DNA of 19,883 nt from a bacterium. Lineage in GTDB: Bacteria; DUMJ01. Positions 1 through 11,033 of the stretch are shown here, piece by piece (position 1 is the first letter of the stretch; every line of letters begins with the position of its first letter). The notes below the pieces were generated by a model, which was not told the DNA's origin, ran no database searches, and saw only the letters and a list, made by a program, of their open reading frames with translations. The stretch spans positions 1 to 19,883 of the forward strand of contig JBMFMV010000033.1 in the NCBI GenBank assembly GCA_049970495.1. Direction: 5' to 3'. The position numbers and the translations under genes are program-made.

Positions 1-840
1 TATATAGTAAAATGTCCAAATTGTAACATTTCTCTAGTTTATCACAAAGATGAAGGGCTTGTATGTCATTATTGCGGATACAGTATAGAAAAGATGGAGA
101 AGTGTCCACAGTGCGGAAAGAATATGAACTTATTTGGTTACGGAGTAGAGAGGATAGAAGAAATATTACAAAAGATATTTCCTAAAGCTAAGATAGCTAA
201 GATGGATGCGGATCTCTCTAGTAAAGAGATTGAAAAGATATGGGAAGAATTTATAAACAGAGAGATAGATATACTAGTAGGAACTCAAATAATAGCTAAA
301 GGTTTCCGACTTCCAAATGTTGCCCTAGCTGGAATTTTAGCTCCTGATTTAGCATTGAATCTACCTGATTTTAAGATTAGTGAAAGGGTCTTTCGACTTA
401 TATATAACTTAGCTGAGCAGGCTAAAGGTGATAAATATCTAATTATTCAAAGTATGCTCTCTAATTATTATTCAATAAGATATGCAAGTAAACTAGATTA
501 TGAGAGTTTTTATAGATATGAGTCTCAATTACGCAAATCTCTTGGATATCCTCCATTTAGCCGTATAGTAAGAATAGTCATCTCAGGTAAAAATGAGGAA
601 GAAGTAAAGACTATATCATACTCATTAGCCTCAGATATAAAGAGAAAGTTGGGAATAGAATATTTAGGACCTGCTAAATCTCCTCTTTATAAGATAAAAG
701 GGGTATTCCACTGGCATATCCTCTTAAAAATAAAAGACCTAACTTTAGATGTATTAAGGGTTGTAAAAGAGCTTATAGAAGCTTATAATTATAAAGGCAT
801 CAGCATAACAATAGATGTAGATCCTGTGTCTATGGTATAG
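1..840 (+). CDS. priA: Primosomal protein N' (PriA), C-terminal part; 5' end lies outside the window
   Basis: Frame is open from base 1: YIVKCPNCNISLVYHK..VCHYCGY..KCPQCG (Cys-rich zinc region), then GYGVERIEE, DILVGTQIIAKG, LNLPDFKISER and LGYPPF. Sits upstream of def-fmt as in the conserved cluster. The ORF-track start at 94 is internal. Confidence 0.95.
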   Translation, partial: YIVKCPNCNISLVYHKDEGLVCHYCGYSIEKMEKCPQCGKNMNLFGYGVERIEEILQKIFPKAKIAKMDADLSSKEIEKIWEEFINREIDILVGTQIIAKGFRLPNVALAGILAPDLALNLPDFKISERVFRLIYNLAEQAKGDKYLIIQSMLSNYYSIRYASKLDYESFYRYESQLRKSLGYPPFSRIVRIVISGKNEEEVKTISYSLASDIKRKLGIEYLGPAKSPLYKIKGVFHWHILLKIKDLTLDVLRVVKELIEAYNYKGISITIDVDPVSMV

Positions 841-847
841 ATAACTT

Positions 848-853
848 AGGAGG
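848..853 (+). promoter_or_regulatory. Shine-Dalgarno site for def
   Basis: AGGAGG 11 nt upstream of the ATG at 865. Confidence 0.7.
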
Positions 854-864
854 GGAAATTATAT

Positions 865-1329
865 ATGTCAGGATTAGCGATAAGGATTTACGGGGATCCA
901 ATCTTGAGACAAAAGGCAACCCCTATAGATAAAATAGATAGGAGAGTAAAGCGACTTGTTAAATATATGGAAGAGGCTATGGATAAAGCCAATGGAGTCG
1001 GTCTAGCTGCTCCACAGGTAGGTGTAAGCGAGAGGATCATTATTGTAAAAGTTAAATCTCCTATAGTGGTAGTAAACCCTATAATTGTATATATGGAGGG
1101 AGAAGAACTTGGCGAGGAAGGATGTCTAAGTATTCCGAACGTTGTTGGAGATGTCAGTAGGGCAAGTAAAGTAGTGGTAAGAGGATTAGACTTAAATGAG
1201 AGGGAAATAGAAGTAGAAGCAAATAATCTTTCCGCTAGGGCGTTTCAGCATGAGATAGACCATTTAGACGGGATACTCTTTATAGACAGGGCAATATCTA
1301 TAAGGAAGGTGGAAAAATACTCAGAATAG
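865..1329 (+). CDS. def: Peptide deformylase
   Basis: All three signature motifs are present: GVGLAAPQVG, EGCLS, QHEIDHLDG. Confidence 0.97.
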   Translation: MSGLAIRIYGDPILRQKATPIDKIDRRVKRLVKYMEEAMDKANGVGLAAPQVGVSERIIIVKVKSPIVVVNPIIVYMEGEELGEEGCLSIPNVVGDVSRASKVVVRGLDLNEREIEVEANNLSARAFQHEIDHLDGILFIDRAISIRKVEKYSE

Positions 1330-2231
1330 TATTCTTTGGTACTCCAGAATTCTCTCTTCCTTCTTTAGAGAGATTAAGAGACAGAATATCCCTAGTTATA
1401 ACTAAACCGGATAAGCCTCAGGGTAGAGGGTTAAAGTTAAATCCTACTCCAGTAAAGTTAAAAGCTCTGGAATTAGGTATACCTGTCCTTTCCCCAGAAA
1501 GAATAAGTGAAATAAAGGACAAGCTCTTAGGGTTTGACCTTGGAGTAGTAGTTGCTTACGGGCTTATTATTCCTAAGAGTATACTAGACGTATTCCCTAA
1601 GGGGATTATAAATCTTCATCCATCTCTCCTTCCAAAATATAGGGGACCTGCTCCTATACAGTGGGCAATATTAAATGGGGATGAAGAGACTGGGGTAAGT
1701 ATAATATACCTTACTGAAGAGTTAGATGCAGGAGATATTATCTTGCAGGAAAGAGTTAAAATCCTTCCAAACGATACAGCAGGATCTTTATCGACTAGAC
1801 TGAGTACTATTGGAGCAGAAATCTTAGAGAGGGCAATAGAACTGATAGAAACTGGTAATGCAAAACCCATTCCGCAAGAGTCTTTGGGAAAGGCATCTTA
1901 CGCTCCTAAAATTGAGCCAGAGATGGGTAGGATAGATTGGAATAATAAAAGTAGAGATATAGTAAATAGGATACGTGCATTTATCCCTTGGCCTAAGGCA
2001 TATTTTTATAGGAATAATTTGAGAATAAACATCTTAGATGCAGAATCTCTTTCTATAAAGGGTGAGCCAGGTAAAGTTATAGAGATAAGAGAAAGTGGTA
2101 TACTCGTTGGGACTCAAGATGGAAGCGTGCTACTCAAGAGACTTCAGCCAGAGAGCAGAAAGATTATTAGTGGACTTGATTTCGCCAATGGTTATAGAGT
2201 AAAAGTAGGGGAATTATTCTCCGATGAATGA
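1317..2231 (+). CDS. fmt: Methionyl-tRNA formyltransferase (about 304 aa); start uncertain, probably non-canonical ATA at 1317
   Basis: Manual translation of the 1743 ORF frame upstream shows no stop: (I/M)LRIVFFGTPEFS..VITKPDKPQGRG..VVAYG..INLHPSLLPKYRGPAPIQWAILNGDEETGVS..LDAGDI. The ORF-track start at 1743 (TTG) is internal. Confidence 0.93.
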   Translation: MLRIVFFGTPEFSLPSLERLRDRISLVITKPDKPQGRGLKLNPTPVKLKALELGIPVLSPERISEIKDKLLGFDLGVVVAYGLIIPKSILDVFPKGIINLHPSLLPKYRGPAPIQWAILNGDEETGVSIIYLTEELDAGDIILQERVKILPNDTAGSLSTRLSTIGAEILERAIELIETGNAKPIPQESLGKASYAPKIEPEMGRIDWNNKSRDIVNRIRAFIPWPKAYFYRNNLRINILDAESLSIKGEPGKVIEIRESGILVGTQDGSVLLKRLQPESRKIISGLDFANGYRVKVGELFSDE

Positions 2232-3486
2232 ACTAATAAAGGCTAAGGAGCTAGCCTACGAAATCCTCACACTAGTAGAAAGAAAAAATTTCTATGCCAA
2301 CGTTTTGCTGAGAGAAAAGTTAACTAAATTTTCTTCTATTTATAATCCTCTTATAACAGATATCGTATATGGGGTACTAAGGAGAAAAAATACATTAGAC
2401 TGGTATATATCAAATTTTGTAAAGATAAAGATGTTAGACCTAAAGTTACTTACAATTCTTAGAATGGGAATTTATCAAATTTTATACCACGGCACTCCTA
2501 AGCCTCTTATAGTAAATGAATCTGTAGAAATGGGTAAAAACTTAGTAAGTAGAAAGGCTGGAAATCTAATAAATGCAGTATTAAGAAAGATAGCAACGAC
2601 CGACATAAAACCAACAGAAAAATCTCTAGTCTATTCTCATCCCAATTGGCTGATAGATAAATGGGAAAGAGAGTTAGGGGAAGAAGAAACCAAGTCATTA
2701 TGTGAGAGAAATAACAGTCCTATGCTACTAAGTTTTAGAGTTAATACACTAAAGACAGATATAGATGAAGTAGAAAATATACTCAAGGGGAAAGGGCTAA
2801 TAGTGACAAGAGGCAAGTTTAGTAAAAATTGTCTTATTTTAAAAGAAGGAGATATAGGACCTATAATAGCATTAGAGGAAGAAGGCAAAATTTTTATACA
2901 GTCTGAACCTTCTATGGTTGTGGTAGAATTATTAGACCCTAAACCCAAAATGAGAATATTAGATGGCTGCTCTGGAGTTGGTGGTAAGACTACTTACATA
3001 GCGGAACTTATGTCGAATAACGGAGAGATTATTGCTGTAGATAAGGCCAAAAGTAAATTGGAATCCCTCAGAAATATAGCTAATAAGAGGGATATCTCTA
3101 TAATCGAATGTATAGAAAGTCAAATAGAAAACTTAAGCCCTGAGTATATAGGATATTTCGATAGAGTACTATTAGATGTTCCTTGTTCTGGTTTAGGTAC
3201 ACTTTCTCGAAGACCAGAAATCAAATGGAGATTAAAGCCCAAGGATATTGAGAATTTGTCTAAATTGCAAAAAAGGATACTTGAAAGTGGGGCTAAGTTC
3301 TTAAAACCTGGTGGAATTCTTGTCTACAGTGCCTGTACAATCTCCAAAGAGGAAACTTATGATATAATAAAATCGTTTATAGATGAAAACAAAGATTACT
3401 ATCTTGTAGAAGAGAAACAATTTTTACCGCATATAGATGATGTGGAAGGTTTTTATATAGTAAAGCTTCAGAGAGGATATGCGTAG
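2224..3486 (+). CDS. rsmB: 16S rRNA m5C967 methyltransferase RsmB/Sun
   Basis: NusB-like N-terminus (YGVLR, LRMGIYQI, NAVLR), YSHPNWL, the SAM-binding GGKT motif, and the catalytic Cys motifs DVPCSGLG and YSACT. Located after fmt. Confidence 0.93.
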   Translation: MNELIKAKELAYEILTLVERKNFYANVLLREKLTKFSSIYNPLITDIVYGVLRRKNTLDWYISNFVKIKMLDLKLLTILRMGIYQILYHGTPKPLIVNESVEMGKNLVSRKAGNLINAVLRKIATTDIKPTEKSLVYSHPNWLIDKWERELGEEETKSLCERNNSPMLLSFRVNTLKTDIDEVENILKGKGLIVTRGKFSKNCLILKEGDIGPIIALEEEGKIFIQSEPSMVVVELLDPKPKMRILDGCSGVGGKTTYIAELMSNNGEIIAVDKAKSKLESLRNIANKRDISIIECIESQIENLSPEYIGYFDRVLLDVPCSGLGTLSRRPEIKWRLKPKDIENLSKLQKRILESGAKFLKPGGILVYSACTISKEETYDIIKSFIDENKDYYLVEEKQFLPHIDDVEGFYIVKLQRGYA

Positions 3487-4498
3487 TATACTTGGGATAG
3501 ATAGAGAAGAATTAAAGGATATTATTTTGAAGGAAGGATATGAGCCTTATAGGGTTCAACAAATACTAGAGTGGATATATGATAAGGCGGTATTGGACTT
3601 TTATCCAATGAGTAATATACCAAAAAGTCTACGTGACTTCCTCTCTAGGAATTTCTCCATAGTTCCATTTGATTTAATAGCTTGTGTACAAGATGAAGAG
3701 ACTGTTAAATTCCTATTTAAGACTGAAGATAATCTTAAATTTGAATCAGTATTGATATTCCATCATAATAGAAGAACTCTTTGCCTTTCTTCTCAGATAG
3801 GATGTCCTATTAGATGCAAATTCTGCGCAACTGGCGAATCTTTTTATAGGAATTTGAGATATGAGGAGATAATAGGGCAATATGTCTTTGCAAAGAGCTA
3901 TATAAAAAAGGATATACGTGGTATAGTATTTATGGGGATGGGAGAACCTTTCCTAAATGAAGAGAATGTATATAAGACAATAGATATACTCATTCAAGAG
4001 TTGAATATATCGCCTAGACATATAACAATCTCTACCTCAGGAATCCCACAAGGGATAATAAATCTTGCTCATAGAAATCCTAAAATTAGATTAGCCTTTT
4101 CTTTATGGACCCCTGATGAAGAAAAAAGAAAGGCATTAGTACCAGTAGCAAATTCCTATAAGCTGGAAAGTATTATAAAAAGTCTAAAGGAGTATGTGCA
4201 AATAACTGGAAATAGAATCTCAGTTGAGTATACTTTACTTAAAGGACTAAATGATAGCAAAGATGATGCCTATAAACTGGTAGAACTTTTCTCTAGTATC
4301 CCTGTATTTTTCAATATAATACTATATAACCCTAAAGACGAGACTACTCAAAATTATAGAACTTCTGTGGGGGAAGCCTTAAGGTTTGTTAATCTCATAA
4401 AAATTTTAGGTAAAGAGGCTTATCTAAGAATAAGCAAAGGGGCAGAAATCTCTGGAGCCTGCGGTCAGTTAAGGGCTGCTTATGAGAGATCTAAGTGA
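3479..4498 (+). CDS. rlmN: Radical SAM RNA methyltransferase RlmN
   Basis: CLSSQIGCPIRCKFC (CxxxCxxC), MGMGEP and C-terminal GACGQL. Confidence 0.94.
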   Translation: MRSILGIDREELKDIILKEGYEPYRVQQILEWIYDKAVLDFYPMSNIPKSLRDFLSRNFSIVPFDLIACVQDEETVKFLFKTEDNLKFESVLIFHHNRRTLCLSSQIGCPIRCKFCATGESFYRNLRYEEIIGQYVFAKSYIKKDIRGIVFMGMGEPFLNEENVYKTIDILIQELNISPRHITISTSGIPQGIINLAHRNPKIRLAFSLWTPDEEKRKALVPVANSYKLESIIKSLKEYVQITGNRISVEYTLLKGLNDSKDDAYKLVELFSSIPVFFNIILYNPKDETTQNYRTSVGEALRFVNLIKILGKEAYLRISKGAEISGACGQLRAAYERSK

Positions 4499-5966
4499 AA
4501 GATTTATTATTTTAGAAGAGCCTAAAGAGGATAGAATAAGAGCTTACGACAAACTACTCATGAAATTTGTTACTTTAAGGCAGATAAAGACTAACCTCAG
4601 TACAGGTAAGATTATAGCTTTGCTAGATAAAATCATTAACCTGAATAATGAGTTCTTAAAGATCTTTGGATACCAGACATTAGATAATGGAATAGTATAT
4701 GCTATAGAAGATATTCCTCCCCAGGAGAAGGCAGATCTAAGAAATAATGTAAGAGAACTATTACAGGTTACAAGATACATAGGCAGAATGTTTGAATATC
4801 TTAACAGTCAGGGATTCAGGATAAAATTACCTGAAGAGGATAAAATATATAAGGAAGATGAAGGGAAGTATCTTGTATCTCCTCTAGATCTAGTAGATAT
4901 AAATATGCCAGAAAGAGTACAAAATAAAGGAGAAATATTGAACACTTTGATGTCCTTCTTTATTTCATTTTCCCCTCAATCTTTGAGGAACACTTTATCC
5001 TCTCTTATAGAGAGGAATATAATATCAAAACTTGACAGTGCAGATGCCCTAGTTAACATGTTAAACACCTTCGTGCTCCAGGAGGAACGAATGAAGTCTA
5101 GACCTGAAAGTAAAAGAACTGTTGGAGAGCCTAAAGGAGAAAGAAAAAAAATAAGTCCTTGGGTATTTATTATAACAATACTACTTGTCCTTGCTAGTAT
5201 TAGTGTCTGGTTATTATATTCTTTAGGAGAAAAGCTATTCTTCTCGGAAGGAGCTATACCAGATGTTATAGTTCCCGATATAATAAATAAGCCTCTTCCA
5301 GAAGCTTATAGTATTCTAAAGGCGTCAGGTCTTAATATAGAGATTTCTGGTATAGAATACAGTAGCGCAATCCCTTCAGGTAATGTTATTTCCCAAGATC
5401 CTGCCAGTGGCTTAAAGGTAAAAGCTGGAAGAAGCATAAAAGTAGTTGTCAGCAAAGGAATCGAATTTGTCAATGTCCCTAACGTTGTTGGACAAGATTT
5501 AGGTAATGCTAGAAAGATATTAGAATCAGTAGGTTTAAAAATAGGAGATATAAGGGAAACTCCCAGTAGGACGACTCCCGATGGGATAGTAATATCTCAA
5601 AATCCTAAATACGGCAGTATAACCAGTAAAAATTCTCTAGTAGCCATAGAAATAGCTAGGCATCTCCAAAGCAGTATGCCAAATTTGATAGGTAAAACTC
5701 AGGAGGAGGCTGAAAGGATACTAAAATCTCTGGGTTCATATATACTCATAATTAAAGAAAAAGAGAGCGATACCCCTGGAATTGTTATAGAGCAGAATCC
5801 TGTAGCTAATACAACCCTAATACAGGAAACTCCCAGAATAGAGATTACAGTAGGAATTCCTAAAAAGGTCATCCCTCAATCTACACCTTTTCCAACTCCA
5901 GAAGAATCTCCTATTCAAGGAGGGACAGAAACCCCATCTAATACCGAAGTCTTACCACCAGAATAA
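4482..5966 (+). CDS. PASTA-domain membrane protein with a degenerate Hanks kinase-like N-terminus (PrkC/PknB-like pseudokinase)
   Basis: About 220-aa cytoplasmic domain, one TM helix (PWVFIITILLVLASISVWLLY), three PASTA repeats (VPDIINKPLPEA, VPNVVGQDLGNA, MPNLIGKTQEEA, each followed by a GxVIxQxP-type motif) and a Pro/Thr/Glu-rich tail. Occupies the prkC position after rlmN. No G-loop, VAVK, HRD or DFG motif. Confidence 0.85.
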   Translation: MRDLSERFIILEEPKEDRIRAYDKLLMKFVTLRQIKTNLSTGKIIALLDKIINLNNEFLKIFGYQTLDNGIVYAIEDIPPQEKADLRNNVRELLQVTRYIGRMFEYLNSQGFRIKLPEEDKIYKEDEGKYLVSPLDLVDINMPERVQNKGEILNTLMSFFISFSPQSLRNTLSSLIERNIISKLDSADALVNMLNTFVLQEERMKSRPESKRTVGEPKGERKKISPWVFIITILLVLASISVWLLYSLGEKLFFSEGAIPDVIVPDIINKPLPEAYSILKASGLNIEISGIEYSSAIPSGNVISQDPASGLKVKAGRSIKVVVSKGIEFVNVPNVVGQDLGNARKILESVGLKIGDIRETPSRTTPDGIVISQNPKYGSITSKNSLVAIEIARHLQSSMPNLIGKTQEEAERILKSLGSYILIIKEKESDTPGIVIEQNPVANTTLIQETPRIEITVGIPKKVIPQSTPFPTPEESPIQGGTETPSNTEVLPPE

Positions 5967-5970
5967 ACCT

Positions 5971-6795
5971 ATGAGAACTATAAATACTTTGCAGATAAGT
6001 GATTATATAGAGGAACTCTGTGAAAGGCTTAATTTTAGATTAGATGATAGGGTATTAGTTCTCATCCAAGAATCAGCAAAAAGAGAGACTTCAAGTATCG
6101 GAAAAGATGTATTTTCTCAGATGTTAACTAGTTATAGATTAGCACAAGAGAACAAGACCCCTCTATGTCAAGATACAGGGATGGTTTCGGTATTTTTAGA
6201 AATAGGACAAGATGTCTTTTTAGAAGGGATACCGATAGAAGAAGCGATAAATATTGGGGTAAGGAGAGCCTATACGAGTTCCTTCTTTAGATACTCTATA
6301 GTAAAAGACCCTATAGGAAAAAGAGAAAACACAATGGATAACACCCCATGTATTGTGCATACAAAGATTATTCCAGGGAATAAAGTTAGAATAGATATGT
6401 TAATAAAAGGCTTCGGTAGTGAAAATGCAACAGCTTTAAGGATGTTTCCACCCACAGCAAGCAAAAAGGATGTAGAAGACTTTTTGTTAGAGTTAATAAA
6501 AGAAAAGGGGATAAACGCATGTCCTCCACTCTTTATAGGAATCGGTATAGGAGGAACTGCAGATTATGCAGTAAAACTATCAAAAGAGGCACTTCTTCGG
6601 TTTGAACCAATGGATGAATGGGAATGTTCTCTATTAGAAAAAGTAAATAGCCTAAAGATAGGACCTGCAGGGTTGGGTGGGGATATAACAGGAGTATATC
6701 TGAAAGTAAAAACATTTCCAACCCATATAGCAGGTTTACCTGTGGCTATAAATATCAACTGTCATATACTTAGAGTAGGGGGCATAACATTATAG
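5971..6795 (+). CDS. Fe-S hydro-lyase alpha subunit (class I fumarate hydratase / L-tartrate dehydratase family)
   Basis: PLCQDTG, KGFGSEN, NACPP, GIGGT, IGPAGLGG and THIAGLPVAININCH motifs. Confidence 0.92.
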   Translation: MRTINTLQISDYIEELCERLNFRLDDRVLVLIQESAKRETSSIGKDVFSQMLTSYRLAQENKTPLCQDTGMVSVFLEIGQDVFLEGIPIEEAINIGVRRAYTSSFFRYSIVKDPIGKRENTMDNTPCIVHTKIIPGNKVRIDMLIKGFGSENATALRMFPPTASKKDVEDFLLELIKEKGINACPPLFIGIGIGGTADYAVKLSKEALLRFEPMDEWECSLLEKVNSLKIGPAGLGGDITGVYLKVKTFPTHIAGLPVAININCHILRVGGITL

Positions 6796-6798
6796 AGT

Positions 6799-9037
<2,239 letters not shown>

Positions 9038-9054
<17 letters not shown>

Positions 9055-9253
9055 GAGACCTTATGGAGTGTGGAAGTATATCGGAATAGCTTTCTCTTTA
9101 GGATTTACTATAGTGGCTTCTATTCTTGTAGGTCTTTACATAGGAGGATATTTAGATAAGAAATTACTCACTGGTTATTCCTTTAGAGTCCTCTTCATGT
9201 TTATCGGTGCATTCACAGGGTTAAGAAGCATATATAGGCAGTATATGAAATGA
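9038..9253 (+). CDS. AtpZ/AtpI-family (ATPase gene 1) small membrane protein
   Basis: 71 aa with two TM helices and a GLYIGGYLDKK motif; first gene of the atp cluster. Confidence 0.82.
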
Positions 9254-9606
9254 ATAATATTTTACTTTATATCTTCAAAGTCTATATTACTATAATTGTT
9301 TTGCCTGGGATTATACTCTTGGCCAAATCTGAGGTGCAATACTTTCAAGGATACCTGATAGGATTCTTCTTATCTTTACTAGATCTTATCCTTCTGTATC
9401 TAACTATAAAAAGGATTGAACTAAATCGTTCTAGAATCTTTATTAGTATGATTCTAAGAGTATCAATCTTATTTATAGCAATACTTTTAATGTTTGTTTG
9501 TGGTATAATAAATAAGTTAAATATTATAGGATTAGTAATAGCTTTATTACTATACCCTGTAGCTTTATTTATAGGAGGAATTAGAGTTTTAAGATGGAAG
9601 AGATAG
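9250..9606 (+). CDS. atpI: ATP synthase protein I-like membrane protein
   Basis: 118 aa with about four hydrophobic segments (including MILR), directly before atpB. Assigned mainly from position and hydrophobicity. Confidence 0.7.
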   Translation: MNNILLYIFKVYITIIVLPGIILLAKSEVQYFQGYLIGFFLSLLDLILLYLTIKRIELNRSRIFISMILRVSILFIAILLMFVCGIINKLNIIGLVIALLLYPVALFIGGIRVLRWKR

Positions 9607-10250
9607 CTCCAAGGATAGTATTTAGTATATTTGGAATTCCAATAACAGACTCGGTAACCACTACATGGGTGGTGATGGGTTTAATATTACTATTAGGCTG
9701 GTTTATTTCTAAAAATCTATCTGAGTATCCCTCTAAAATTCAGGCAATATTTGAGAGTATAATAGAGTTTTACGAGAATATAGCGGTACAGATAATGGGA
9801 GAAGAAGGTAGACAGTTTGTCCCTTTAGCTGTATCTATTGGTCTTTTTATACTGTTTTCTAACTGGATAGAAGTGATACCAGGATTCAGCGCACCAACAA
9901 GAGACCTTAGTACAACCATAGCACTTGCTATAGTCGCTGTTGCCTCTACATATGTGGCTGGAATCAAGAAAAAGGGATGGCATTTCTTCAAGAAATATAT
10001 AGAGCCTAACCCTATATTCTTACCTATAAATATCCTAGAAGAGTTAGTAAGACCTATCTCCCTTAGCTTCCGTCTGTTTGGTAATATCTTAGGAGAAGAG
10101 ATAGTTATAGCTATATTGGTAATGATAGTACCCTTAATATTACCTATTCCATTAATTCTCTTAGGCCTATTCACTGGATTAATACAGGCATTTATCTTTT
10201 CCCTCCTGACACTACTTTATGTAGCTGGTGCAGTAGGTGAAGAAATCTAG
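9594..10250 (+). CDS. atpB: F0F1 ATP synthase subunit a
   Basis: PTRDLSTT, RPISLSFRLFGNI (essential Arg) and IQAFIFSLLTLLY. Confidence 0.96.
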   Translation: MEEIAPRIVFSIFGIPITDSVTTTWVVMGLILLLGWFISKNLSEYPSKIQAIFESIIEFYENIAVQIMGEEGRQFVPLAVSIGLFILFSNWIEVIPGFSAPTRDLSTTIALAIVAVASTYVAGIKKKGWHFFKKYIEPNPIFLPINILEELVRPISLSFRLFGNILGEEIVIAILVMIVPLILPIPLILLGLFTGLIQAFIFSLLTLLYVAGAVGEEI

Positions 10251-10255
10251 AGTTT

Positions 10256-10263
10256 GGAGGTGA
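10256..10263 (+). promoter_or_regulatory. Strong Shine-Dalgarno site for atpE
   Basis: GGAGGTGA 8 nt before the ATG at 10272, in one of the few intergenic gaps; fits the high copy number of subunit c. Confidence 0.8.
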
Positions 10264-10271
10264 AATAACAT

Positions 10272-10538
10272 ATGTTAACCAGTAAGGCGTTGGTAATAAT
10301 AGCTTCTGTAATATCAGCTGGATTTGGTATGGGGATGGCGGTATTGGGAGGAGCCCTTGGGGAAGGGAATGCTGTATCTAAAGCCATGGAATCTTTAGGA
10401 AGACAGCCAGAAGCCCAGACCTCTATTATGACGGTACTTCTTTTAGGGCTTGCTTTTATAGAGTCTCTAGTTATATTTATGCTAGTTGTGGCGCTGGTGT
10501 TAATCTTTGTAAATCCTTTTGTGGGGATGGTTCAATAA
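10272..10538 (+). CDS. atpE: F0F1 ATP synthase subunit c
   Basis: Gly-rich helix 1, RQPEA loop, and conserved Glu in AFIES. Confidence 0.97.
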   Translation: MLTSKALVIIASVISAGFGMGMAVLGGALGEGNAVSKAMESLGRQPEAQTSIMTVLLLGLAFIESLVIFMLVVALVLIFVNPFVGMVQ

Positions 10539-11033
10539 ATGATAAGATTTACTTTTCCTACATTTATCTTCCAAGTCATAAATTTTTTAGTTACTATATA
10601 TCTAATTTATAGATTTATTTACAAACCTCTAACTAGCTATATATCCAAGAGACAAGAAAATATACAGAGTGAGTTAGAAAAGGCTAAAGCAGAAAGAGAA
10701 AGGGCAGAGGCATTAAGATTGGAATATGAAGAAAAGCTAAAAGAAGCACAGAGACAGGCTGAAGAGCTTATAGAAAATGCTAAGCTTCAGGCAGAGAATG
10801 AAAGAAGACAGATATTAGATAAGGCTCAAAGAGAAGCCCAGGCATTACTTACTAAGGCGCAGAATGAACTCATCTTAGAGAGAAAACACGCCATAGAAAA
10901 GTTTAAAGATGAGGTTGTAGACATAGTTCTAGACCTAACATCAAAACTTATTATGAGTGAACTTAATAACAAAGATAAGATTAAAGAAGAAATACTAGAA
11001 AAGTATATAGAGGAGATGAAAAGTTATAGATGA
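10539..11033 (+). CDS. atpF: F0F1 ATP synthase subunit b
   Basis: N-terminal TM helix ([14 protein letters not shown]) followed by a long Ala/Glu/Lys coiled coil. Confidence 0.93.
   Translation: MIRFTFPTFIFQVINFLVTIYLIYRFIYKPLTSYISKRQENIQSELEKAKAERERAEALRLEYEEKLKEAQRQAEELIENAKLQAENERRQILDKAQREAQALLTKAQNELILERKHAIEKFKDEVVDIVLDLTSKLIMSELNNKDKIKEEILEKYIEEMKSYR

Noticed and set aside
1317..1742. fmt as a truncated gene or pseudogene (the track shows only 162 aa)
   Set aside because: The frame is uninterrupted and all N-terminal motifs are present; only the start codon is atypical.
5860..5966. Pro/Thr/Glu-rich low-complexity tail as a repeat element
   Set aside because: No nucleotide-level repeat; such tails are common on PASTA proteins.
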